From: an uncultured Gammaproteobacteria bacterium
Lineage (GTDB): Bacteria > Pseudomonadota > Gammaproteobacteria > UBA9214
Direction of reading: 5' to 3'
Assembly: GCA_963827755.1 (NCBI GenBank)
Contig: CAWHCQ010000004.1
Location: 64,001-128,000, forward strand
Length of the DNA stretch: 64,000 nt
Part shown: positions 31,952-40,843 of the stretch, one piece after another
Numbering within the stretch: the stretch's first letter is position 1
Layout: each line of letters begins with the position of its first letter
Made by a program: the position numbers and the translations under genes
Notes under the pieces: generated by a model
What the model was told of the DNA's origin: nothing
The model's input: the letters and a program-made list of their open reading frames with translations, nothing else
The model's database searches: none

Positions 31952-32395
31952 CTACTCGGAATCGAGCCCGGCCCGCATCTTCGGACTCACGTACGTCTCC
32001 CCGTCGAGCACGCAGCGGATCGCGATCAACAGCGTCTCGCCCATCTCCTGCTTGCTGACGTAGCCATTGGCGCCGGCGCGCAAGGCGCGACGTGCGTATC
32101 GAGGGGCCGCGTGCATGGAGAGCACCAGGATCGGCAGGTCCGCGTGGCGTGCGCGGATATCTTTTATCAGCCCGAAGCCATCGGTTTCCGCCAGCCAGAG
32201 ATCGGTGATCACCAGGTCGGGTTGGCTGCTGGCGATGGCGTCGAGGCCATCGTGGTGCGTGGACTCGGCACAGACACCGAGATCGGGCTCGTTATCGATC
32301 AGCGCGCTCAGACCGCGACGCACCAGGGGATGGTTATCGATGATCAGGAGCCGCTGCCGGGTCTTCGTTGCAGGTGGTGTGACGATGCTGTCCAT
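31952..32395 (-). CDS. stand-alone NarL-type receiver domain (no HTH)
   Basis: LLIIDNHPLVRRGL, PDLVITD, LVLSMH and GANGYVSK; paralogous to the next gene but ends before the HTH. Confidence 0.85.
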   Translation of the reverse strand: MDSIVTPPATKTRQRLLIIDNHPLVRRGLSALIDNEPDLGVCAESTHHDGLDAIASSQPDLVITDLWLAETDGFGLIKDIRARHADLPILVLSMHAAPRYARRALRAGANGYVSKQEMGETLLIAIRCVLDGETYVSPKMRAGLDSE

Positions 32396-32445
32396 GACCT
32401 GACAGGGTGGACCATAAGTGCGGCTATGCGTTACCTATATATAGC

Positions 32446-32462
32446 ATGGGGGAAAGCCCCAT
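32446..32462. promoter_or_regulatory. palindromic operator-like site
   Basis: ATGGGGGAAAGCCCCAT upstream of the receiver-only gene, similar to 31921-31937. Confidence 0.45.
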
Positions 32463-32523
32463 GGGTCAGGCTGCCTGATTTGTATGGTAAACACCGGATG
32501 CGGGCGGCACCCGGCAACGCGTA

Positions 32524-33213
32524 TTACCGATCTCCTTTCCCGGCTTCAACCCATTGCGTTGCACGTTGGGCGAGTTCGGCAGAGGATTCCAGCACCAGTT
32601 TCTGCTTGATGTGCTGGCGGTGGGATTCAATCGTCTTGATGCTCAGGGTGAGGGTCTTTGCAATCTGGCGCGTGCCCTGGCCTTCACCGATGAGTCGAAA
32701 CACCTGCAACTCGCGGTCGCTGAGCGCATCCATGGACGCGTCCGCTTGCAGCGTTCGCCCGCCCAGGTATTTCGCGGAAAGCCGCGCCTCGAGCTTGTCG
32801 CCTATGTACATCTCGCCGTTAAGCACCCGGCGCATGGCAAACAACAATGTCTCGTCGAGTTGTTGCTTGGTGACATAGCCCAGGGCGCCGGCCCGCAGGG
32901 CGCGCTCGGCATACACCGACTCATTGTGCATCGAGAGCACCAGTGCCGGAATCTTCGGGTGGCGTTTTTTCATGGTCTTGATCAGGTCCAGGCCGTGAGA
33001 GCCATCGAGCTCCAGATCGACCAGCACCAGGTCGGGCCGGCACGCCCGGACAACCTTGAGCGCGGCCTCGCAGCAGGCGGCCTCCCCGCAGACTTCGAGG
33101 CCGGGCTCGGACTCGATCAGGGCGGTCAGGCCGCGACGCATCATGGGATGATCGTCGACGATGAGAACCGCCTTGCTGGCCGGAGAGCCGGTTTCAGGTG
33201 TCTTCGCGTTCAT
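32524..33213 (-). CDS. NarL/LuxR-family response regulator
   Basis: VDDHP receiver and LSDRELQVFRLIGEG...IKTIESHR LuxR HTH. Confidence 0.95.
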   Translation of the reverse strand: MNAKTPETGSPASKAVLIVDDHPMMRRGLTALIESEPGLEVCGEAACCEAALKVVRACRPDLVLVDLELDGSHGLDLIKTMKKRHPKIPALVLSMHNESVYAERALRAGALGYVTKQQLDETLLFAMRRVLNGEMYIGDKLEARLSAKYLGGRTLQADASMDALSDRELQVFRLIGEGQGTRQIAKTLTLSIKTIESHRQHIKQKLVLESSAELAQRATQWVEAGKGDR

Positions 33214-34321
33214 GGTCCGGGGCCTCGGCCGTTTCAGGCGTCTCGGGAATGGGAAAGGTGCAGCTGACCGCCGTACCGCGCAGGCTACGGCGTCGCACCT
33301 CCAGGGACCCGCCGATCAAACGCGAGCGGTAGGCCATGGTGTGCATCCCCACCCCGTCCGCCGCGCCCGCCCCCTCGGGTATGCCGACGCCATCGTCGCG
33401 GATGCGCAGCAGGCCCTCTCCATCGTTCACGCCCAGGCTGCATTCGATCCGCTCTGCGCGTCCGTGGGATACGGCATTGCTCATCGCCTCTTGCGCGATG
33501 CGATAGAGGTGCGCCTCGATCTCAGGGCAATTACAGTCCATGGGCCAGTCACACTCGAGCGTGCAGGGGATGCCAAAGCGGTCATGAATATTGAGTGCCA
33601 GGGTCTCGAGCGTCGCGTCGAGACCGGCCTTGTTCAGGCCCTGCGGGCCGAGACCGCGCGCAAGGTCGCGGGCCTCGCCGATGGCCTCGTTCAGCAGTGT
33701 GTTGATCTCGCGGGCGTCAACTGACGTGGCGGATTCAGGGCCCCGCGCCAGCTTTCTGGAAAGCGTCGCGGTGAGGGCCGCAATACCGGCCAGCGTTTGG
33801 CACAGGCCATCATGCAGTTCCCGGCCCAGGCGTTCCTTTTCCTGGTCGACGATCTCGAGGACCTCCCGCTCCAGCCGCTTCTGGCGGGTGACGTCGCGTG
33901 CGTTGGCGTAGATCTGTTGCCGCTCCGGCACAGGCCGCGAGTTCCACCGCAGCCAGCGATACGAGCCATTCTTGTGGCGATAGCGATTCTCGAACAGGAC
34001 TACCTCGGCACTCTTGTTAAGCAGGCCAACTTGCGCCAGCGTGGCCTCGCGGTCCTCGGGGTGTACGAACTCGATGAAGGGTTTGGCCTGCAGCTCCTCC
34101 GGCGTCCAGCCCAATAGGGTCGTCCACTGCGGGTTCAAGTGCTTGAAGTATCCATCGAACCCGGCAATGCACAGCAGGTCGAGCGACTGGTCGAAGAAGC
34201 GGGTGTACTCGTCCTCGGCCCGCTCCATCCGTGCGGACTGGAGTTTCAGGTTCTCGTTCTCCCGGCGGGAGGCGTCGAGATCCTCGATGAGCTCGGCTCT
34301 TGTGGGTTGTTCTTGTTCCAT
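33194..34321 (-). CDS. cytoplasmic PAS sensor histidine kinase (HisKA_3 type)
   Basis: PAS (FVHPEDRE), ERLGRELHDGLCQ, YRIAQEAMSNA and DDGVG. Confidence 0.93.
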   Translation of the reverse strand: MEQEQPTRAELIEDLDASRRENENLKLQSARMERAEDEYTRFFDQSLDLLCIAGFDGYFKHLNPQWTTLLGWTPEELQAKPFIEFVHPEDREATLAQVGLLNKSAEVVLFENRYRHKNGSYRWLRWNSRPVPERQQIYANARDVTRQKRLEREVLEIVDQEKERLGRELHDGLCQTLAGIAALTATLSRKLARGPESATSVDAREINTLLNEAIGEARDLARGLGPQGLNKAGLDATLETLALNIHDRFGIPCTLECDWPMDCNCPEIEAHLYRIAQEAMSNAVSHGRAERIECSLGVNDGEGLLRIRDDGVGIPEGAGAADGVGMHTMAYRSRLIGGSLEVRRRSLRGTAVSCTFPIPETPETAEAPDHEREDT

Positions 34322-34419
34322 TTTCGAGTCGGGCTTCGTTTATTGTTAGGGGAGCGTGTTGGGTAGCATAACCTACCCGCATATATGAAAGGTAATAGTC
34401 ATTTCCCGTCAAGGCCTGC

Positions 34420-34580
34420 TTGTTGAATAGCCACCGACCTCGCTATTCACCCCAGAATAGACCGCTGCCCCACATATTACAGGGGTCGATGCCGATCAGG
34501 CCTAAAGCACCTACTTTTGGTGAAAACCCGCCTCAACCACCGGGCCCAGGCCATCGTAGCCTGGCGCTTCATAGCCGAGT
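34420..34580 (-). pseudogene. degenerate IS91/ISCR transposase C-terminal remnant
   Basis: KRQATMAWARWLRRVF followed, after a frameshift, by IGIDPCNMWGSG; resembles the recalled ISCR segment RRAAMTWAQRLKRVFNIDIETCxxCGG. Confidence 0.6.
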
Positions 34581-34610
34581 TTGGGTCAGCGGCTGAGCGA
34601 GCACTTGGCG

Positions 34611-34803
34611 GAATGGTCATTTTCGAAGTGTCGGTGTTGTAGATCGCAACCAGGTTATGAATGTCTCCTTTTCTATAAACTTGCCGTTCAGAACTGTAAC
34701 CGGGAATGGCTGGAGTTGGCCGATAGTCGCCAACCAGGAGCCCTGCATCAGCTGGGTTTTCTGTGAACGTGGAACGGCAACTTTTCCGAAAGAGGACATT
34801 TAG
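34611..34803. repeat. cluster of ~30-bp imperfect palindromes
   Basis: TGAATGTCTCCTTTTCTATAAACTTGCCGTTCA, GAATGGCTGGAGTTGGCCGATAGTCGCC and GAACGGCAACTTTTCCGAAAGAGGACATTT (reverse complement of the first type). Confidence 0.65.
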
Positions 34804-34836
34804 CAAGTCAGCATGGACAGACTATCTGTTTTATCC

Positions 34837-35090
34837 CCCATAGGCGCAGCCGAGCATCGCAGTGAAAACCGGATGAAGCATGCGCCCTGTTTGAGCTTTC
34901 GAGCGCAGCGAGATTGCGAGTTGCGCATGCGCCGGTTTTCGCGAGAAGCGCATGGGCAAGCCTGCGAAGCGGGCTTGTAGATCAAGTAGCGGGCAAGCCT
35001 TCGGGCCGCCTTTCTTTTGGATACGTTTCTTTGGCGCAGCAAAGAAAAGTATCTCGCCGTGCGCGACCAGCGAAAGCCCGCATCAAATAA
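34837..35090 (-). repeat. structured dispersed repeat (MITE-like), copy 2
   Basis: 254-bp reverse complement of copy 1 without the 48-bp insert. Confidence 0.9.
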
Positions 35091-35116
35091 AACTCTTCGC
35101 CCGCCAGGGCAAAACC

Positions 35117-35825
35117 CTAACCACGCAGTGGTTCCAGCCAGCGCCGGTACAAAACATCCGCCACCTGTTGTGCTGCGGTAATTCTTTGCTCCAGTCCCTC
35201 GGTCATCTGTTGCTGCCGATTGCACGCTGGCTGCCGGATCATCGAGTTCGTCTGCATAAAGCGTTGCCCATTCACGCACCATGGCGGCGGTCATCTCCAC
35301 GTGGCATTGCAGGGCGAGGGTGTTGCCTGCTGGCAAAGGCCTGGTTGCTGCAGTGGTCGTTCTCCAGTGATCACCTCGGCCCCGGCCGGAATGGAGAAGG
35401 TTTCGCCATGCCAGTGAAACAGCGTGGTTTCATCTGGCAGTCCGTCGAGCCAGCGTTGCGCTGTCGGGTTGTCACATTTGCGCACCGGGTGCCAGCCGAT
35501 TTCCCTTGGCGGGTTTTTTGTCACCTCACCGCCCAGTGCCTTGCTGATCAGCTGGCCACCCAGGCAGTGCCCGAGTACCGGCATGCTCTCGTGCCTGTGC
35601 CATCCGGATCAGGGCCAGTTCCTGTTCGATCCAGGGCAGGGGGTCGTTGACACTCATTGGACCACCCATGAAGACCAGACCGGAACAGTCATCAATATGC
35701 CGGGGCAACGGTTCGCCCCGGTCAATGGCGATCAGCCTGAAAGGAACCTTTTCACGCGCCAGTACCTCTGACAGGTATCCGGGGCCTTCACAGTCGATGT
35801 GGCGAAATATATACAGAGGTTTCAT
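35117..35825 (-). CDS. type 1 glutamine amidotransferase-like protein, several apparent frameshifts
   Basis: EGPG, GGPMSVND, LGHCLGGQL, EIGW, HWHGETF and LQCHVE spread over 4 frames; reconstructed end RRWLEPLRG*. Confidence 0.85.
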
Positions 35826-35855
35826 AATCAGGGCACGGCAGCCGATAGGTAACAG

Positions 35856-36515
35856 ATGATGGCATTATCCAGAATTTCCCGGGCTCTCCTAGTGCTGTGG
35901 CTAGGCGGTTTGAATCAATCCGCGCAGGCGGGTACCGATGTACGTGTTGTCGGCTTGTTCAGCGAACGTGCCGTGGTGGTGGTCAACGGCAAGCAGCATA
36001 TTCTGAGAGTGGGGCAGAGTACGCCGCAAGGCGTCAGGCTGCTTGCGGCGGACAGTGAATCAGCAGATCTCGAGATAGACGGTAAAGTGGTCAGGGCGCG
36101 GCTGGATGGACGCATCACCGCAAGCAAGCAAACGCCCGGCGCGAAGGAATTTCATATCTCACGCAACACCCGGGGGATGTATTCAACGGTGGGCAGTATC
36201 AATGGTTTGACGGTTTCATTCCTGGTCGATACCGGTGCCACGCTCCTTTCCCTGAATGCAGCCGAGGCCCGGCGCCTGGGCATAGACTTCCGCGTGGTTG
36301 GTACGCCAACGACGGTCACCACGGCCTCGGGTGTCGAACGCGCCTGGGGTGTCGTCCTGGATACCGTCAAGGTTGGCGAACTGGAGTTGCGTAATGTAGG
36401 GGCAGTGGTACTCGAGGGTCCCCAGCCTGAACAGGCCCTGCTGGGTATGAGTTATCTCGGTCGACTGGAGATGTCCAACAGTGGTCGCTTGATGACCTTG
36501 CGCAAAAAGTACTAG
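35856..36515 (+). CDS. clan AA (retropepsin-like) aspartic protease, TIGR02281 type
   Basis: FLVDTGAT catalytic motif, ALLGMSYL, signal peptide. Confidence 0.92.
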   Translation: MMALSRISRALLVLWLGGLNQSAQAGTDVRVVGLFSERAVVVVNGKQHILRVGQSTPQGVRLLAADSESADLEIDGKVVRARLDGRITASKQTPGAKEFHISRNTRGMYSTVGSINGLTVSFLVDTGATLLSLNAAEARRLGIDFRVVGTPTTVTTASGVERAWGVVLDTVKVGELELRNVGAVVLEGPQPEQALLGMSYLGRLEMSNSGRLMTLRKKY

Positions 36516-36545
36516 GCCTGCGAAAAGAAGTGCCTATGTCGCCTG

Positions 36546-36638
36546 GTAGGATGGGTAAAGGAGCAAAGCGACGTACCCGTCAATGCACGACGCAAACCAT
36601 TCACCCCTGACGGGTACGCTGCGCTTTACCCGTCCTGC
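36546..36638. repeat. REP doublet (same family as 11105-11248)
   Basis: GTAGGATGGGTAAAGGAGCAAAGCGACGTACCCGTCA and the inverted TGACGGGTACGCTGCGCTTTACCCGTCCTGC, between convergent genes. Confidence 0.85.
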
Positions 36639-36649
36639 TAAAAGCAGGC

Positions 36650-37471
36650 TTAATCAGCTGTGTTCTTCGTGTGCTCGATCAGGGCGTAGGCTGAATGGTT
36701 GTGAATGGACTCGAAGTTTTCGGATTCCACCGTATATGAAGTGATACGCTCATCATTATTGAGGCGGGTGGCAATGTCGCGCACCATGTCTTCAACAAAC
36801 TTCGGATTGTTATAGGCCCTTTCTGTCACGTACTTCTCATCCGGACGCTTCAACAGGCCATAGAGTTCACAGGAAGCCTCTTCCTCGACGAGATCGATCA
36901 AATCCTCAATCCAGACAAAGCCGTGTGTTTCCGCGTTGATGGTCACATGCGAGCGCTGGTTATGTGCGCCGTAGTCGGATATTTTCTTGGAGCAGGGGCA
37001 CAGGCTGGTGACCGGGACAACAACCTTGACGTTCATTTTCGGTTCGCCATCGATAAACTTGCCAATGAGACTGACTTCATAGTCCAGCAGGCTTTCAACA
37101 CCCGAAACCGGGGCTGCCTTGTTGATGAAATAGCTGAAGCTCATCTCGATGTGGCCTGAATCGGCCTCCAGGCGATCGGTCATTTCGCTGAGCATTTCCT
37201 TGAACGAGTCCACCGTGATTTCGCGTTCATGGAGATTGAGAATCTCGACAAAGCGCGACATGTGCGTGCCTTTGAAGTTGTGCGGCAGATTGACGTACAT
37301 GTTGAAGTTTGCGATGGTATGCTGTTCGCCGCCGGCGCGGTCTTTAACCCGTACCGGGTGACGAATATCCTTGATGCCCACCTTGTCGATGGGAATCTGC
37401 CGTGTATCGGGTCTGTTTTGCACGTCGGCAATGGTTGCTTCAGCCTTGTGTGCCATTTCACTTGCTTTCAT
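36650..37471 (-). CDS. folE2: GTP cyclohydrolase IB
   Basis: [23 protein letters not shown] and [10 protein letters not shown]. Confidence 0.97.
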   Translation of the reverse strand: MKASEMAHKAEATIADVQNRPDTRQIPIDKVGIKDIRHPVRVKDRAGGEQHTIANFNMYVNLPHNFKGTHMSRFVEILNLHEREITVDSFKEMLSEMTDRLEADSGHIEMSFSYFINKAAPVSGVESLLDYEVSLIGKFIDGEPKMNVKVVVPVTSLCPCSKKISDYGAHNQRSHVTINAETHGFVWIEDLIDLVEEEASCELYGLLKRPDEKYVTERAYNNPKFVEDMVRDIATRLNNDERITSYTVESENFESIHNHSAYALIEHTKNTAD

Positions 37472-37669
37472 CAGTCTTTGTCCGGGTAGATGTCAGAACG
37501 GCCTGAGTTTTCTTTTTCCCAGCCTACCCGCCGCTGCAGGGCATGCCTACATGTCCGAAGGGGTAGCGGCAGTTTGGCGGGTGTTGCGCTTCAATTCCTG
37601 AGTAGAATGGCAGGATATTACCCCAGCGCCGGTGGCCGTGCAATTGACGAGACGTGCAGGTTCCTTGTT

Positions 37670-38575
37670 TTATCTTTCTCTTTCAATAATATAGAGTGAT
37701 ATCCGGCGCAGCGGATCGGCGCCGGCATCGAAGCCGGAGAGGCTGTCCATCGCCTCGGCATGCAACTCGGCGGTGCGCTGGCGGGCGGCATCCAGTCCGA
37801 TCAGTGCCGGGTAGGTCGATTTTTCAGCGGATTGGTCGGCACCCGGATTCTTCCCGAGGGTGGCGGCCTCACCTTCGACATCAAGAATATCGTCGCGTAT
37901 CTGGAACGCCAGGCCGATGCACTTTGCATAGTGGTCGAGTTTTTCCAGCTGCTCACTGTCGGAGTTTTCAGCATTCATGGCCCCGAGTACCAGGCTGGCC
38001 CGAATCAGGGCACCTGTCTTGTGAATGTGCATATCCTCGAGTTCGGCGATATTTTGTGACCGCCCTGTTGCGGCCAGGTCAATCGCCTGTCCGCCAGCCA
38101 TGCCGCGGGAGCCGGCAGCGAGTGCCAGGGTCCTGATCATTTTCAGCCGCGTACCGTCCCCGATGCCGGCAGTGGTGTTGTTCGCAAGCACCTGGAAAGC
38201 CAGCGATTGCAATGCATCACCGGCAAGGATGGCGGTGGATTCATCAAAGGCGCGGTGACAGCTGGCCCTGCCGCGGCGCAGGTCGTCATTATCCATGGCC
38301 GGCAGGTCATCATGAATCAGGGAATAGGCATGGATGAATTCAATTGCACAGGCAGGTGCATCAAGTGTTTCCTGCCCGGCGCCGACGGCAAGGCCACTGG
38401 CATATACCAGTGCCGGGCGAATGCGTTTACCGTCACTCAGCACCGCGTAACGCATGGCCTCATGCAGGTGGGCGGGATGCGTCGTTGCGGCCGGCAGCAA
38501 CTGTTCCAGGTGCTTGTCCAGGCGTGCGCGGCATTGCGCCAGGAACGCCGTCAGTTGCGGATCAGTTGTCTTCAC
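37670..38575 (-). CDS. ispA: farnesyl diphosphate synthase
   Basis: GKRIRP, SLIHDDLPAMDNDDLRRG, KTGAL and FQIRDD. Confidence 0.96.
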   Translation of the reverse strand: MKTTDPQLTAFLAQCRARLDKHLEQLLPAATTHPAHLHEAMRYAVLSDGKRIRPALVYASGLAVGAGQETLDAPACAIEFIHAYSLIHDDLPAMDNDDLRRGRASCHRAFDESTAILAGDALQSLAFQVLANNTTAGIGDGTRLKMIRTLALAAGSRGMAGGQAIDLAATGRSQNIAELEDMHIHKTGALIRASLVLGAMNAENSDSEQLEKLDHYAKCIGLAFQIRDDILDVEGEAATLGKNPGADQSAEKSTYPALIGLDAARQRTAELHAEAMDSLSGFDAGADPLRRISLYIIERER

Positions 38576-38804
38576 TGTCGAACGCTGTGATTTCGTCCTG
38601 GCCGCTTTTCTGCATCAGGATTTCAACCTTCTGTTCGGCTTCTTTAAGTGCCTTTTGACAGGCGCGGGACAGTGCTACGCCACGTTCAAAGTGGCTCAGG
38701 GAGTCTTCCAGGCTGAGGTCGCCCTGTTCCATCTTTTCAACAAGGGTTTCGAGTTCTTTCAGGGATTGCTCGAAACCGGGCGTCTCTGTACTTTTTTTTG
38801 CCAT
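38562..38804 (-). CDS. xseB: exodeoxyribonuclease VII small subunit
   Basis: FEQSLKELETLVEKMEQGDLSLEDSLSHFERG. Confidence 0.96.
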   Translation of the reverse strand: MAKKSTETPGFEQSLKELETLVEKMEQGDLSLEDSLSHFERGVALSRACQKALKEAEQKVEILMQKSGQDEITAFDSEDN

Positions 38805-38894
38805 CGCTTGTATCTTCCTGATAATCGGCTTAACTTACTCCACCCGGGCAAGAAGGGTCAATTCAGGGGCCGTCTTTTTTCGCCACGTGCAGGG

Positions 38895-38942
38895 TTGACG
38901 ACCGCGGCTTCCCCGGCTAGTATTTAGACACATTCTAAATAC
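38895..38942 (+). promoter_or_regulatory. sigma70 promoter overlapped by a Fur-family (Irr/PerR-like) palindrome
   Basis: TTGACG-N17-TAGTAT (38895-38923) and GTATTTAGA-CACAT-TCTAAATAC (38920-38942) upstream of rubrerythrin. Confidence 0.65.
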
Positions 38943-38993
38943 AAACAGGATCAAGTCTCCACCAAAAATCACCATTCAAACGAGGTACTTATT

Positions 38994-39413
38994 ATGGATC
39001 TAAAAGGCAGCACAACTGAACAGAATCTCAAAGACGCGTTCTCCGGTGAGTCCCAGGCCAACCGCCGCTACCTGTATTTTGCCGCCAAGGCCGATGTCGA
39101 AGGCTACAACGATGTTGCTGCCGTGTTCCGTTCCACCGCTGAAGGCGAGACGGGGCATGCGCATGGTCACCTGGAATATCTCGAGCAGGTTGGTGATCCC
39201 GCAACCGGTTTACCGATCGGACCTACGGCCAGCAACCTGAAGGCCGCCATTGCCGGTGAAACACACGAGTACACCGATATGTATCCGGGTATGGCGAAGT
39301 CGGCGCGTGATGAAAGCTTCGATGAAATTGCGGACTGGTTCGAGACACTGGCCAAGGCCGAGCGCTCGCATGCGAACCGATTTCAGAAGGCCCTGGACAA
39401 TCTTAACGACTAG
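38994..39413 (+). CDS. rubrerythrin-family protein (ferritin-like domain only)
   Basis: AFSGESQANRRY, EGETGHA, GETHEYTDMYP and AERSHA; no rubredoxin CxxC domain. Confidence 0.95.
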   Translation: MDLKGSTTEQNLKDAFSGESQANRRYLYFAAKADVEGYNDVAAVFRSTAEGETGHAHGHLEYLEQVGDPATGLPIGPTASNLKAAIAGETHEYTDMYPGMAKSARDESFDEIADWFETLAKAERSHANRFQKALDNLND

Positions 39414-39489
39414 GATCAGTTGAATCCGGACAAAGGGCCGGTCTATCCGGCCCTTTCTTGTTGACCTCCAATAACCAGGAACGACGGCA

Positions 39490-40838
39490 ATGGGATCAAA
39501 TACTGAAGGTAGCCGGGAAGGAAGCCTGCAGGCACCGATACGGCATCCGCTGGACTGGACCGCCCCGTCTTTCTATGACGAAGAGAGCCTGTTCACGGAA
39601 CTCGAACGGGTCTACGACATCTGCCATGGATGCCGTCGCTGTTTCAGCCTGTGTAATGCCTTTCCAACCCTGTTTGATGCCATTGATGAATCCGACACCA
39701 TGGAGCTCGATGGTGTCGCCCGGGAAGTGTACTGGGACGTGGTTGACCACTGTTACCTGTGTGACATGTGCTACATGAGCAAGTGCCCCTACGTACCGCC
39801 GCATGAGTGGAATGTCGATTTTCCCCATCTCATGTTGCGGGCCAAGGCAGTAAAATTCAAAAAAGGCAAGACACGTTTTCGCGACAGGGTGCTGACGTCA
39901 ACGGATACTGTCGGCAAGCTTGCCGGAATACCGATCGTGGCACAGGTGGTGAATGCCTCTAACCGCAGCAAGCTGGGCCGCAAGTTGCTGAAGACGGCGC
40001 TTGATGTTCATCCGGACGCGGTATTGCCTGAATACAATTCACGGACCCTGCGCAAACGGCTTGGCAACACGGCACAGGCCGGTATGGACGTGCGAACCGG
40101 CCGGGCCGACGACCGGCAAGGTCGTCCTGTTTGCTACCTGTTATGGCAACTACAACGAGCCGGGGATCGGCCAGGACCTGGCGGCGATTTTTGCGCACAA
40201 CGATATCCCGTTGACCCTGGCAGGCAAGGAACGCTGTTGCGGCATGCCGAAACTGGAACTCGGTGACCTGGATAGCGTCAAGGCAGCGCGTGATGCCAAT
40301 ATCCCCGAACTGGCCAGGCTGGTCGATGAGGGCTGGGACATCGTGGCGCCCGTGCCTTCCTGCGTATTGATGTTCAAGCAGGAATTGCCATTGATGTTTC
40401 CGGATGATGCGAGTGTTGCTAAAAGTGAAGGATGCGATTTTTGACCCGTTTGAATACCTTATGCTGCGGCATAAACATGAAAAGCTGAAAACCGACTTCA
40501 GGGAACCGCTTGGCAAGATCGCCTGGCATGTGGCCTGCCATCTGCGGGTACAGAATATCGGTATGAAAACCCGTGATCTTCTCGAACTGATACCGGAGAC
40601 CAGTGTCGAGCCCATCGAGCGCTGTTCCGGGCATGATGGTACCTATGCCGTTAAAAGCGAATTTCACGAGATATCGATGAAAATTTGCAAGCCGGTTGTG
40701 AGCCGGGTGCAGAAATCCGGGGCGGACCATTACAGCAGTGATTGCCCCATGGCCGGCCATCAAATCAGGAACGGCCTGGCTGATGACAGTGCACCGCTGC
40801 ATCCGTTGACATTGTTACGCATGGCGTACGGAGTATAG
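39490..40838 (+). CDS. Fe-S oxidoreductase (4Fe-4S plus CCG domains), apparent frameshifts near 40092 and 40422
   Basis: CHGCRRCFSLC, CYLCDMCYMSKC, RCCGMP, HVACH, RCSGHDG and SDCPMA. Confidence 0.9.
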
Positions 40839-40843
40839 ATACC

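Larger units (their letters stand above)
23502..35090. mobile_element. accessory island / putative cassette array bounded by inverted 254-bp repeats
   Basis: Interrupts the housekeeping order between pgpA and a glutamine amidotransferase; mosaic base composition, IS91 remnants and palindrome clusters between modules. Confidence 0.7.

Noticed and set aside
25560-34803. Classical integron/attC array
   Set aside because: No intI in the window; units are ~30 bp, clustered, and genes lie in both orientations; kept only as an analogy
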